A DNA stretch of 64,000 nucleotides from Nitrospirota bacterium (GTDB lineage Bacteria > Nitrospirota > Thermodesulfovibrionia > Thermodesulfovibrionales > JdFR-88), in the NCBI GenBank assembly GCA_021840255.1, contig JAKBYX010000006.1:35811-99810 (forward strand), in the 5' to 3' direction. This document shows positions 1 through 9,649 of this stretch, one piece after another. The stretch's first letter is position 1; the number at the start of each line of letters is the position of its first letter. Below the pieces are notes generated by a model. The model searched no databases. It was given only the letters and a program-made list of their open reading frames with translations, and had not been told where the DNA came from. The position numbers and the translations under genes were made by a program.

Positions 1-258
1 GCACGTGCCCAAAGCCTTTTGCTCTTCGCTGTAGATAAGCTCTACCCCGTACTTGTTGCCGTTACCCAGGTATGCCCTTATATAATCAGATTTATAATTA
101 ATGGCAAGATAAATTTTGTTAAAGCCTACGGCTTTTAAATGTTCTATCTGGATTTCAAGCAGTGCTTTCTCGCCCAAGGGCAACAGCGGCTTGGGGATGA
201 TCTCCGTAAAGGGTCTCAGCCTCATCCCTAGTCCGCCCGCAAGGATAATAGCTTTCAT
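1..258 (-). CDS. sugar-phosphate nucleotidyltransferase, N-terminal part (gene runs off the left edge)
   Basis: Reverse translation from ATG (256-258) gives MKAIILAGGLGMRLRPFTEIIPKPLLPLGEKALLEIQIEHLKAVGFNKIYLAINY. This is the GGxGxRL / KPLLP signature of NTP_transferase enzymes. It is absent from the ORF track because no stop lies in the window. Confidence 0.75.
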   Translation of the reverse strand, partial: MKAIILAGGLGMRLRPFTEIIPKPLLPLGEKALLEIQIEHLKAVGFNKIYLAINYKSDYIRAYLGNGNKYGVELIYSEEQKALGTC

Positions 259-399
259 ATCATATCCTTATCAGCCATTCAGCCTGATCTTACTCTTCTA
301 TTTGTCCCAAGGAGTTAATGTTATGATTTTACGTAACTATTGGAATTTTTGTCAAAAGGCAGTTTTGCGATGGCAGAAACCAGGCTAAAATGCGTCAAA

Positions 400-413
400 T
401 TGATTATAATCAA
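400..413 (+). promoter_or_regulatory. candidate -10 (TATAAT 405-410) embedded in a 14-bp perfect palindrome TTGATTATAATCAA
   Basis: Read directly. It lies 70 nt upstream of the dehydrogenase start. The -35 is poor. Confidence 0.3.
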
Positions 414-480
414 ATGATTGCCCTTTTGAAAAGAGCCTGATGGCAGGAAAGGTAAAAATTAACTTGGGGAATAATTCTTA

Positions 481-1785
481 ATGGGCCTTGTAGACCGTAT
501 CGATTCGAAGGAAGCCGTTGTCGGTATTATAGGATTGGGTTATGTGGGGTTGCCGCTTGCCATAGAATTCTGCGGGGCCGGCTTCCAGGTCTATGGCTTT
601 GATCTTGACGCTAAAAAAATAAGCAGGCTTGAAAAAGGCGAAAGCTATATAAAACATATAGATTCGGCCAAAATAGCCGGTATGCTGCCTCGTTTCGTTC
701 CAACCACGGATTTTTCCAGGCTTTCTGCCGTTGATTGCATGATAATTTGCGTCCCTACGCCGCTAAGCGAGTATCGAGACCCGGACTTGTCATTTGTCTT
801 TAACACGGGCCGCACGATAGCTGAACATTTAAGAAAAGGACAGCTGGTTATCCTGGAATCCACTACATATCCCGGTACGACGGATGAGGATTTAAGGGAA
901 ATTCTTGAAAAATCCGGACTTTTGGCTGGGGAAGACTTTTATCTTGCATATTCCCCGGAACGTGAGGACCCGGGCAGCGGCAAATTTACCACCCGGGACG
1001 TGCCCAAGGTGATAGGCGGGCTTACGAAGGAGTGCCTCGAAGCCGCCCAGGCGCTCTATGGCCAGGTGTTTAAAAAGACGGTGCCTGTGTCTTCCACAAG
1101 GATAGCCGAAGCGGCAAAGCTGCTGGAAAACATATACCGTTCCGTGAATATAGCGCTTGTAAACGAACTTAAAGTGCTTTTCGACAGGATGGGCATGGAC
1201 ATCTGGGAGGTGATAGAGGCCGCGGCAACAAAACCGTTTGGTTTTCAGGCCTTCTATCCCGGTCCTGGGCTTGGCGGACACTGCATCCCCATAGACCCGT
1301 TCTATCTTGCCTGGAAGGCGCGGAAATATGAACTTTCCACGCGGTTTATAGAGCTGGCGGGTGAGATAAATACAAATATGCCCCGTTATGTGGTGGGCAA
1401 AACGGTAGAGGCGTTAAACGAACGCGGGAAAAGCATAAAAGGGGCAAAAATACTGATACTGGGCCTTGCTTACAAGGAAAACGTGGATGACATCCGCGAG
1501 TCTCCGTCCCTGAAATTAATGGAGTTACTCGAAGAAAAGGGCGCGGAAATAGACTATAACGACCCTTATGTCCCCAGCATACCCGAAACACGGAAATATA
1601 AGATGTCCAAGGAATCAGTCCCCCTTACCACTGATACGCTCAGGGGCTATGACTGCGTTGTGGTTGCCACCAAACATTCTGTTTATGACCCCGGTTTCAT
1701 AGCGGAGAACGCAAACCTGATCGTAGACACGAGAAATCTGGTAAAAAACTGGCGCGCTCACGGCGGCAAAGTTGTAAAGGCATGA
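481..1785 (+). CDS. nucleotide-sugar 6-dehydrogenase, WbpA/WbpO/TviB-like (probable UDP-GlcNAc 6-dehydrogenase)
   Basis: 434 aa with Rossmann GIIGLGYVGLPLA and the catalytic GGHCIPIDP motif of the UDP-glucose/GDP-mannose dehydrogenase family. It has a 4-nt overlap with the next gene. Confidence 0.85.
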   Translation: MGLVDRIDSKEAVVGIIGLGYVGLPLAIEFCGAGFQVYGFDLDAKKISRLEKGESYIKHIDSAKIAGMLPRFVPTTDFSRLSAVDCMIICVPTPLSEYRDPDLSFVFNTGRTIAEHLRKGQLVILESTTYPGTTDEDLREILEKSGLLAGEDFYLAYSPEREDPGSGKFTTRDVPKVIGGLTKECLEAAQALYGQVFKKTVPVSSTRIAEAAKLLENIYRSVNIALVNELKVLFDRMGMDIWEVIEAAATKPFGFQAFYPGPGLGGHCIPIDPFYLAWKARKYELSTRFIELAGEINTNMPRYVVGKTVEALNERGKSIKGAKILILGLAYKENVDDIRESPSLKLMELLEEKGAEIDYNDPYVPSIPETRKYKMSKESVPLTTDTLRGYDCVVVATKHSVYDPGFIAENANLIVDTRNLVKNWRAHGGKVVKA

Positions 1786-3377
1786 AAAAGGGAAAAATAG
1801 GGCTTGCCGGACTGGGGTATTGGGGAAAAAATGTCCTGAGAAACCTTTACGAACTGGGCGTGCTTGGCGCCGCGTATGATACAGACCCGAATACAGTGGC
1901 TGAGTGGCGCAAGAAATACCCCGAAGTCAGGTTTGTCTTATCGATGGACGAACTCCTGGCGGACCCCGGAATAAAGGCGGTGGCCGTGGCCACCCCCGCT
2001 GTCACCCATTATTCAATAGTAAAAGATGCTCTTGAGGCGGGCAAGGACGTCTTTGTCGAGAAACCGCTGGCACTCACGGTTGCCCAGGGGGAGGAGCTTG
2101 TTAGGCTTGCTTCCAGGAAAAAAAGAATAATCATGATAGGGCACGTGCTCCAGTACCACCCGGCGGTGCTGAAATTAAAACAGATGATCGCGGATGGCGA
2201 GCTGGGGAGGATAGAGTATATCTATTCCAACCGGCTGAATATCGGAAAATTACGGACAGAGGAAAACATCCTGTGGAGCTTCGCGCCGCATGACATCTCC
2301 GTAATACTAATGCTTGTAGGCAAGGAGCCTTTAAGGGTGGACGCCTTCGGTGGTGATTACCTGAACGCAGGCACTGCCGATATTACCCTCACCACCCTGG
2401 AGTTCGAAAACCGGATCAAAGGCCATATATTCGTAAGCTGGCTTCATCCCTTCAAGGAGCAAAAACTGGTGATAGTCGGGTCGAAGGCGATGGCTGTTTT
2501 CGATGACGTAAGCAGCGAAAAACTCTTTCTTTATCCACACCAGATAGAGTGGAAACAGGGGAAAATACCTGTAGCCAAAAAGGCCGAGTACGAGGTAGTT
2601 CCCATAGAAAAGAAAGAACCGCTCAAAGAAGAGCTTGCGCATTTTGTGGAATGCGTGGAGCTTGGGAAAAGGCCCCGGACGGACGGAGAAGAGGCCTTGC
2701 GAGTGTTGCGGGTGCTGGAGCTTGCGGAGAAGTCGATGTCCGGGTGCGCGGTGGAAAAGGGCCCATCAATTCCAGGCGGCGCCGATGGGGCCCGGAACGA
2801 ATACTTCTCTCACGAAACGGCTGTGATTGACGATGGCGTGAGGATAGGAAAGAACTCGAAAATCTGGCACTTCAGCCACATTCTCAAAAATTCGGAAATA
2901 GGGGACAACTGCGTTATCGGCCAGAATGTGACGATAGGGCCGGATGTAAGGATCGGCAGCGGCTGCAAGGTGCAAAATAATGTTTCAATATATAAAGGCG
3001 TAACTCTGGAAGACGGCGTTTTCTGCGGGCCTTCCTGTGTGTTCACGAATGTTTACAACCCACGGGCTTTCATCGAGAGGAAAAATGAGTTTCGCCCCAC
3101 ACTGGTTAAAAAAGGCGCTACCATAGGCGCAAACGCAACCATTGTCTGCGGCGCGACCATCGGCGAATATGCCCTGATCGGGGCTGGCGCTGTTGTAAAG
3201 GAAGATGTCCGGCCTTACGCGCTTATGGCGGGTGTGCCGGCCAGGCAGATAGGCTGGGTATGCGAGTGCGGCACATCATTAAAGGAGATCGAAAAAAACG
3301 GGGCTTCGTGCCCGGCCTGCGGCAAAAAATACAAAGTGCGCTCCAACAGTCTGGAGCCCATGGAGAAGACGGAATGA
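1782..3377 (+). CDS. fusion protein: Gfo/Idh/MocA oxidoreductase (WbpB-like 3-dehydrogenase) + hexapeptide N-acetyltransferase (WbpD/WlbB-like)
   Basis: 531 aa. The N-terminal ~320 aa have GLAGLGYWGKN and EKPLALT of the Gfo/Idh/MocA fold. The C-terminal ~190 aa have left-handed beta-helix repeats (IWHFSHI, GQNVTIG, VQNNVSIY, FCGPSCVFTN). The tail ends in a GWVCECG...CPACGKKY ribbon. Confidence 0.8.
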   Translation: MKKGKIGLAGLGYWGKNVLRNLYELGVLGAAYDTDPNTVAEWRKKYPEVRFVLSMDELLADPGIKAVAVATPAVTHYSIVKDALEAGKDVFVEKPLALTVAQGEELVRLASRKKRIIMIGHVLQYHPAVLKLKQMIADGELGRIEYIYSNRLNIGKLRTEENILWSFAPHDISVILMLVGKEPLRVDAFGGDYLNAGTADITLTTLEFENRIKGHIFVSWLHPFKEQKLVIVGSKAMAVFDDVSSEKLFLYPHQIEWKQGKIPVAKKAEYEVVPIEKKEPLKEELAHFVECVELGKRPRTDGEEALRVLRVLELAEKSMSGCAVEKGPSIPGGADGARNEYFSHETAVIDDGVRIGKNSKIWHFSHILKNSEIGDNCVIGQNVTIGPDVRIGSGCKVQNNVSIYKGVTLEDGVFCGPSCVFTNVYNPRAFIERKNEFRPTLVKKGATIGANATIVCGATIGEYALIGAGAVVKEDVRPYALMAGVPARQIGWVCECGTSLKEIEKNGASCPACGKKYKVRSNSLEPMEKTE

Positions 3378-4555
3378 AGCCTGTTTCCATGCTGGACCTG
3401 CACCTCGAATACCAGTACATGAAAGAGGAAATCGATGCGGCCATAAAACGGTGCCTGGAGCATCAGAAATGGATCCTGGGCCCCGAAGTAAAAGAGCTGG
3501 AAGAAACAGTTGCCAAATACCTGGGCGTAGACCACTGCATAGGCGTTTCCTCGGGCACTGAGGCCCTTGTGCTTTCTTTAAGGGCACTGGCGATTAAAAC
3601 AAAAGGGCAGGAATATTTCGACCGGTCGGACAAAATTATTACCACCCCCTTTACCTTCACGGCCACGGGGGACGCCATACTGCGCGCGGGGGCCACGCCG
3701 GTGTTCGCCGATATAGACCCGCTGACCTTTAACCTGGACCCCATGAAGGTGGAGGAATACCTGGCAGGCGGCGCTTCCGGCGTGGTGGGCATGGTGCCCG
3801 TCCATCTTTACGGCCAGTCCTGCGACATGGACAGATTGACCGAAATAGCCCAAAAGCGCGGGATTTTCATGGTCGAAGACGTGGCGCAGGCCTTTGGCGG
3901 CAAATGGCGTGAGAAAAAACTGGGCTCTCTTGGCGCGGCGGGGGCATTCAGCTTTTTTCCTTCAAAAAATCTTGGCGGTTTTGGTGATGGCGGCATGATA
4001 TCCACCAGCGACGGGGAATTGGCGGGCCTGGCCCGAATGCTCCTGAAACATGGCGGGAAAGACAAATACAATGTGGAACATGTTGGCTACAACGCCAGGC
4101 TGGATACCATACAGGCCGCCGTGCTGCTTGCAAAGTTGAAGTATATAGACGAATTCAACGAAAAAAGAAGGGAAACAGCCTCCCTTTACGATCATGAACT
4201 TGGCGGGCAGGCGGGCATTATTGTTCCGGCAAAACAGGAAATGGCCCAGCACGTTTACCACCAGTACACCGTAAGGGTGGCCGCTGGCAGGAGGGACCTT
4301 CTTCAAACCCGGCTCAAGGAAAAAGGAATAGCCACCATGGTCTATTACCCGGTAGTCCTTCATAAAATGGGGGTTTTTAACGGCAGGATGGTGGTTGCAA
4401 ACAGCCTGAGCGAAGCGGAAAAGGCACAGCAGGAAGTGCTTAGTCTTCCTATCGAGCCCCTGATGGAAAAGGGACTGGTGAAGGAAATAGCCGCCGGGAT
4501 AAAGGACTCCCTGTCCGGATCCCTTTCCGGATCATCGCCCGGCAGCGCGGCTTAG
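3374..4555 (+). CDS. DegT/DnrJ/EryC1-family PLP aminotransferase (WbpE-like)
   Basis: ATG 3374 forms an ATGA overlap with the upstream stop and reads MKPVSMLDLHLEYQ. The ORF-track start at 3260 lies inside the previous gene. The protein has the FSFFPSKNLGGFGDGG region typical of the family. Confidence 0.85.
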   Translation: MKPVSMLDLHLEYQYMKEEIDAAIKRCLEHQKWILGPEVKELEETVAKYLGVDHCIGVSSGTEALVLSLRALAIKTKGQEYFDRSDKIITTPFTFTATGDAILRAGATPVFADIDPLTFNLDPMKVEEYLAGGASGVVGMVPVHLYGQSCDMDRLTEIAQKRGIFMVEDVAQAFGGKWREKKLGSLGAAGAFSFFPSKNLGGFGDGGMISTSDGELAGLARMLLKHGGKDKYNVEHVGYNARLDTIQAAVLLAKLKYIDEFNEKRRETASLYDHELGGQAGIIVPAKQEMAQHVYHQYTVRVAAGRRDLLQTRLKEKGIATMVYYPVVLHKMGVFNGRMVVANSLSEAEKAQQEVLSLPIEPLMEKGLVKEIAAGIKDSLSGSLSGSSPGSAA

Positions 4556-5766
4556 AGACCTTTTTCTTTTCCGGCAACAACTTCCTTGATGATCCCTGAG
4601 ATCCGGGCGGCCTGACCGGCCCTGTCGAATTTCTTTATCTCCGCTTCCACGGGAGCAAAGTTGATTTCCCCGCTCAAGGCCTTTTTCAAAAGGCAATAGA
4701 TTGAAGCGACGTCGAAATCGCAGACCTCGCCCGTTCCGGACCGCTCGATTATCCGGGCGGCCTCGTTGCCTTTGCAAACCCCGATAATGGGCTTGCCCAG
4801 ATACAGGTATTCCGGAAGCTTGCTGCTGACGATCGTTTTTGACCCCTCAGCGCCGACAAAAAGCAGGGCGTCAAAATCTGACTGAAGGAGCCTGAAGCCC
4901 TCCTTTTTGGAAACCGGGGCGTGAAATTTCACCAGGTCCTCTATGCCCAGATCCGCTATTAGTTTTTTCTCTGATTCCAGGAAATTCCCGAAAAAAGACA
5001 GTTCAAATCTTTCAGATGAAATATTGTCATTTTTTTTTAGCCGGGCTATGGCGTCAAACAAGTATGAGCTTTTGCGGGCTCTGCTGGTCTTCAGGCTGCC
5101 AAAATGGGCCACCCTGAAAACGCAGTTTTTTTCGCGCCCCGGGGCCGCCATTAAAGTAAAATCGTTCCTGTCATAACCGTTATGGACCGTATGGACGTTC
5201 TTTAAACCATAATGCTCCGCAAAATAACGGGACAGTTCGTTTCCTATGGTGATCACGGCGGAAGAGGCCGCGATCAAACGCCGCTCGAAGCGGGTTGTCC
5301 AGAGAAGGCTCAGCGGGTTGAAGCGGAACAGGGGCTCGTAGATCAGGCCATCCCTGAATTCGGTTATAAGCGGGATATTGAACTTTTTGCTAATTTTCAG
5401 GCCCAGCCTTATGGCGCTCATGCTGGGATAAGTGGCGTAGACCAGGCCGATCCTGTGCGAGCTGAAGATACCCTGGGCTTTCCCGGCGGCCGATCTCTCC
5501 CAGATGAGGTCCATGGTGGGGATGATCGCGTTTAGCACCTTTATCGACCTCAGGGAATTATAGAAAAGCGGTTTTTTGCCCTTCCAGCTCATTATGGACC
5601 TTGCCCTGTAAACATCGGCCTCCACGCCCATTTTTCCGTATGAGTCCATGGTAAGGACAACGGGCTCTACTCCGTGTTCAGGGAGATATTTATAGAGGGA
5701 AAAAGGCCTGCCGGTGCCGCCGCTTTTCTCCGGAGGGAAATGCTGGGTGATAAGCAGTATTTTCAA
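4552..5766 (-). CDS. glycosyltransferase family 4 (GT-B, group 1)
   Basis: TTG start with AGGAG 5 nt upstream. The N-terminus MKILLITQHFPPEKSGG is typical of GT4. It converges on the aminotransferase gene with a 4-nt overlap. Confidence 0.75.
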   Translation of the reverse strand: MKILLITQHFPPEKSGGTGRPFSLYKYLPEHGVEPVVLTMDSYGKMGVEADVYRARSIMSWKGKKPLFYNSLRSIKVLNAIIPTMDLIWERSAAGKAQGIFSSHRIGLVYATYPSMSAIRLGLKISKKFNIPLITEFRDGLIYEPLFRFNPLSLLWTTRFERRLIAASSAVITIGNELSRYFAEHYGLKNVHTVHNGYDRNDFTLMAAPGREKNCVFRVAHFGSLKTSRARKSSYLFDAIARLKKNDNISSERFELSFFGNFLESEKKLIADLGIEDLVKFHAPVSKKEGFRLLQSDFDALLFVGAEGSKTIVSSKLPEYLYLGKPIIGVCKGNEAARIIERSGTGEVCDFDVASIYCLLKKALSGEINFAPVEAEIKKFDRAGQAARISGIIKEVVAGKEKGL

Positions 5767-5906
5767 ATATGCTCCTGCGATCGGGGAATTTATAAATTTT
5801 AACGAATAAAAACTTATTTAGGCAAGAAAAGAATTTGAATTAAAAGCTTTTTCCCGGTTAAAATCAAAAGAGTTTCTTTCTGAACGAAGAAGGGTGGATC
5901 TCTAAA

Positions 5907-6956
5907 TTGTTCCGCAATCTGGTAAATATCCATGATTTCATAATGCTTGCTGAAAAGGCCAAACAGGGCCGGCTTGACCGGGTATTTTCGAGGCTTGGTG
6001 TCCGAAAAAAGGAACGGGTCAGGCAGGCATGGAATAGCAGCATTGGTAACGGGCCCAAGGGTTGGGAGGACATAGAGGCAATCCGGCGGCACTGGAATTT
6101 TGCGGTCTCCGGAGACGGGGAAACGGATTTCAGGGAATATGTTGCCCGTAAATATCTTGCGGGGAAAAATTCATTGCTGGCCCTGTCTCTTGGCTGCGGG
6201 GCCGGAGCCAATGAGCTCAAATGGGCGGATGCCGGCGTCTTTAAACGTATTGACGCATATGACCTGTCCGAATCCCGAATAGAGCTGGCCAGGAGGAAAG
6301 CGCAGGAAAAGGGGCTGTCAGCCGTTCTGAATTTCCAGTCCGGGGATGTATTTAATCTTGAAGGGCGTGAAAACTATTATGATTTTATAATCTGCGAGGC
6401 CTCGCTCCATCATTTTTCTCCTCTTGACAAGGTACTGCCCCGGGTAAGCTCATTCCTGAAAAAAGACGGCCTGTTTTTTATTAATGAATTCGTTGGACCG
6501 TCCAGGTTCCAGTGGACGAAGAGACAGATGGAGGCAACCGACGCCGTTTTGTCCATTTTGCCCTCAAAATACAAGGTCCGCTGGGGGGGTGATCTGGGGA
6601 TCAAATCCAGGGTTCACCGTCCAAGCATCCTGTCCATGCTTTTGTGGGACCCCTCTGAGGCCGTTGAATCCTCCAATATTCTGCCTATGGTTCATAAATT
6701 ATTCGATATATGTGAGCTCAAGCCGTTTGGCGGCACGATCCTAAGCCTGCTTTTTCAGGACATCGCGCATAATTTTCTTTCTGATGATGAAGAAACCCTT
6801 GACCTGATCGATCTTTGCATAGATATTGAGACAAAAATGCTGAAGCATAACGCCATTGAAAGCGATTTTGTAGTTGCTGTTTGTAAAAGGAAGCCCTGGA
6901 CCGAGGCGAATCCTGTTGAACAAAAAACGGCATCCACTGTACAATATCCCCTATGA
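5907..6956 (+). CDS. class I SAM-dependent methyltransferase
   Basis: Motif [12 protein letters not shown] followed by an acidic loop AYDLSE. ATGA overlap with rmlA. The exact start (TTG 5907) is uncertain. Confidence 0.7.
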   Translation: MFRNLVNIHDFIMLAEKAKQGRLDRVFSRLGVRKKERVRQAWNSSIGNGPKGWEDIEAIRRHWNFAVSGDGETDFREYVARKYLAGKNSLLALSLGCGAGANELKWADAGVFKRIDAYDLSESRIELARRKAQEKGLSAVLNFQSGDVFNLEGRENYYDFIICEASLHHFSPLDKVLPRVSSFLKKDGLFFINEFVGPSRFQWTKRQMEATDAVLSILPSKYKVRWGGDLGIKSRVHRPSILSMLLWDPSEAVESSNILPMVHKLFDICELKPFGGTILSLLFQDIAHNFLSDDEETLDLIDLCIDIETKMLKHNAIESDFVVAVCKRKPWTEANPVEQKTASTVQYPL

Positions 6957-7855
6957 AGGGGATAATACTTGCCGGGGGGAGCGCGACAAGGCTTTACCCC
7001 GCCACGATATGCCTGAACAAGCACCTGCTTCCCGTCTACAACAAGCCCATGATCTATTACCCCCTTTCTATCCTCATGCTTGCCGGCATAAAAGACATCC
7101 TCATCATAACCGGCCCCAGGGACATAGAGAGTTTTAGAAATATCTTTGGCTCCGGGGAGCGCCTTGGGCTGAAATTCTCCTACGCCGTCCAGGAAAAACC
7201 CAACGGCCTGGCCGAGGCCCTCATCATAGGGAAGGAGTTCATCAAGGGGCAGGATGTCTGCCTGATACTGGGCGACAACATATTCTTTGGCCACGGTCTG
7301 CCCGCCCTTTTAAAAGAGACGGTGCGCGGGATGAAAAAACAGGGCGGGGCATATGTGTTTGCCTCCAACGTGCAGGACCCGGAAAGATACGGCATCGTGG
7401 AGTTCGACCCGGAAGGGGTGGCCATCTCCGTTGAGGAGAAGCCAAAAAAGCCCAAATCCAACTGGGCCGTGACGGGCCTTTATTTCTTCGATAAGAATTG
7501 CTGCGAGATAGCGCAGGGGGTAAAACCCTCCGGGCGCGGCGAGCTTGAAATCACGAGTGTGAACGAGGTATATCTGAAAAAGGGCGCGCTTCACGTGAGC
7601 CCTATCGGCAGGGGTTTCGCCTGGTTTGACGCCGGCACTCATGATTCATTCCTTGAGGCAAGCAAGTTCATAGCCACCATAGAGACCAGGACAGGCTACA
7701 TGGTTGGCTGCATTGAGGAGATCGCTTACTCCAGGGGCTGGATAAAAAGAGAGGCGCTCCTTGAGATGGCCGAGACCCTTAAAAAGACCGAATACGGGAA
7801 GTACCTCATAAAGGCGGCCAAGGGAGACGAGGCCCCGCAAAACCAAAAAGCCTGA
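6953..7855 (+). CDS. rmlA: glucose-1-phosphate thymidylyltransferase
   Basis: [18 protein letters not shown]...[17 protein letters not shown]...[11 protein letters not shown], the canonical RmlA sequence. Confidence 0.95.
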   Translation: MKGIILAGGSATRLYPATICLNKHLLPVYNKPMIYYPLSILMLAGIKDILIITGPRDIESFRNIFGSGERLGLKFSYAVQEKPNGLAEALIIGKEFIKGQDVCLILGDNIFFGHGLPALLKETVRGMKKQGGAYVFASNVQDPERYGIVEFDPEGVAISVEEKPKKPKSNWAVTGLYFFDKNCCEIAQGVKPSGRGELEITSVNEVYLKKGALHVSPIGRGFAWFDAGTHDSFLEASKFIATIETRTGYMVGCIEEIAYSRGWIKREALLEMAETLKKTEYGKYLIKAAKGDEAPQNQKA

Positions 7856-7975
7856 GGGGTGGCCCCCCCTTTTCCGGCAAAATCGCCGGTAAAACGCCAT
7901 CCAAAAACACCGCCCAAAAAACGCATTTTGTGACAAAATAAACAAAAAGAACAAAAACCTTCGGGCAAAATTGAG

Positions 7976-7981
7976 TATAAT
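7976..7981 (+). promoter_or_regulatory. candidate -10 hexamer TATAAT upstream of rmlC
   Basis: Perfect TATAAT 35 nt upstream of ATG 8016, preceded by an A-rich tract. No convincing -35. Confidence 0.3.
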
Positions 7982-8015
7982 CAACGGATGAAAAGCGAAG
8001 GGGGCGGTTTTACTT

Positions 8016-8615
8016 ATGCCATTTAGCTTTAAAAAACTCGATATCCCTGATGTTGTCCTCATAGAACCCCGCGTCTTCGGGGACGAAAGGGGCTTTTTCC
8101 TGGAAACCTACAAGCGCTCGGAGTTCCTGAGAGGCGGGGGCATAGACCTGGACTTCGCCCAGTCAAACCACTCCCGGAGCAAAAAAGGGATCTTGAGGGG
8201 GCTGCATTACCAGTTGAACCCCAGGGCGCAGGGAAAGCTCGTAAGAGTCTCAAGGGGCGCGATATTCGATGTGGCGGTGGATATAAGGAGGGGCTCGCCT
8301 TATTTTGGCAAATGGGTCGGCGCCCAGCTTTCTGGCGGCAACATGGCCATGCTGTGGATACCGCATGGCTTCGCTCACGGGTTTCTCACTCTGGAAGACG
8401 ACACGGACGTCCAATATTGCGCAACGGATGAGTACTCCCCGGAGCACGACAGGGGCATAATCTGGAACGACCCGGAAATATCCGTGGAATGGCCCCTGGA
8501 AAAAGAAAAAGAAAAAGAAAAAGGGAAAAACCCTATTGTCTCGGACAAAGACTCGCGGCTGCCCTCCCTGAAAGAGGCACAGAATAATTTTATATATGGA
8601 GAAAAAACCCAATGA
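8016..8615 (+). CDS. rmlC: dTDP-4-dehydrorhamnose 3,5-epimerase
   Basis: FGDERGFFLETY...GLHYQ...KLVRV..GAIFDVAVDIR...HGFAHGF, the RmlC cupin motifs. It contains an in-frame (GAAAAA)4 insertion encoding EKEKEKEK. Confidence 0.92.
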   Translation: MPFSFKKLDIPDVVLIEPRVFGDERGFFLETYKRSEFLRGGGIDLDFAQSNHSRSKKGILRGLHYQLNPRAQGKLVRVSRGAIFDVAVDIRRGSPYFGKWVGAQLSGGNMAMLWIPHGFAHGFLTLEDDTDVQYCATDEYSPEHDRGIIWNDPEISVEWPLEKEKEKEKGKNPIVSDKDSRLPSLKEAQNNFIYGEKTQ

Positions 8616-9649
8616 AAATAATAGTAACGGGCGCGGCCGGGTTCATAGGGAGCGCCTTTACCCGCCTTGCCGTACAGGGTGGCCTGGCCCCCGTTTGCAT
8701 AGATGCCTTAAGCTATGCGGGAGACATGGAGCGGCTTGAGGCCGTAAAGGGGAAATTCTTTTTTCATCAGGCGGACATCTCGGACAGGGCCCGCCTGACG
8801 GAAATATTCAGCGCTGAAAAGCCGCAGGCCATAGTCCATTTTGCCGCGGAAACCCACGTGGACAGGAGCATCCTGGAGCCGGCCTCTTTTATAAAGGCCA
8901 ACGTGATAGGGACGGAAAACCTGCTGGAGCTGGCGCTTCAGCACGGTATCGAAAAGTTCATACATATATCCACCGATGAGGTATACGGTGAGCTTTCAGC
9001 CGGGGAGGAAAAGTTCAGGGAGGCCAACTGCCTGCTTCCGAACTCCCCATATTCGGCCAGCAAGGCCTCTGCCGACATGTTCGTGCGGGCCTTCATGAAG
9101 ACCTATGGGCTTCCGGTAACCACCATCAGGCCCTCCAACAACTACGGCCCCTGGCAGTACCCGGAAAAGCTTATCCCCCTTGTGATAGCCAAGGCCATAC
9201 GCGGGGAAAACATACCCATGTACGGAAAGGGGGAGAACATAAGGACTTGGCTTTTCGTGGAAGACTGCGCGGAGGCGGTCATGCGCGTTCTGGAGACAGG
9301 CAGGCAGGGGGAAACCTACAATATAGGCAGCAACGAAGAGAAGATGAACAGGGATGTGATAGCTGCAATCCTGCGGCTCCTTGGCAAGGGAGAGGAGCTC
9401 ATAACCTTTGTGCCGGACAGGCCGGGGCACGATTTCAGGTACGCGGTGGACACCTCGAAGATAGAGAAGGAGACAGGCTGGAGGCCCCGCGTACGTTTTG
9501 ACGAGGGTATAGAGCGCACCGTGGAGTGGTACCGCATGAAAAGCGATTGGCTTTTTAAAAAGGAGGCGGAGGCAAGGGCCTTTACCGGACAGCTCAGGAA
9601 GCGCTTTGAGGAGATGAAGAGCGGGAAAGGTTTTAACTTCTCTGCCTGA
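8612..9649 (+). CDS. rmlB: dTDP-glucose 4,6-dehydratase
   Basis: MKIIVTGAAGFIGS...STDEVYG...PYSASKA (SDR YxxxK). ATGA overlap with rmlC. Confidence 0.95.
   Translation: MKIIVTGAAGFIGSAFTRLAVQGGLAPVCIDALSYAGDMERLEAVKGKFFFHQADISDRARLTEIFSAEKPQAIVHFAAETHVDRSILEPASFIKANVIGTENLLELALQHGIEKFIHISTDEVYGELSAGEEKFREANCLLPNSPYSASKASADMFVRAFMKTYGLPVTTIRPSNNYGPWQYPEKLIPLVIAKAIRGENIPMYGKGENIRTWLFVEDCAEAVMRVLETGRQGETYNIGSNEEKMNRDVIAAILRLLGKGEELITFVPDRPGHDFRYAVDTSKIEKETGWRPRVRFDEGIERTVEWYRMKSDWLFKKEAEARAFTGQLRKRFEEMKSGKGFNFSA

Noticed and set aside
116-388. 90-aa plus-strand ORF at the left edge.
   Set aside because: It is antisense to the clear nucleotidyltransferase N-terminus (1-258, minus strand) and then runs into intergenic DNA. 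No motif.
2531-2539. Perfect DnaA box TTATCCACA. I considered whether oriC lies near parAB.
   Set aside because: It is a single box inside the WbpB-like coding region, 19 kb from parA. I saw no cluster of boxes or AT-rich unwinding element anywhere in the window.
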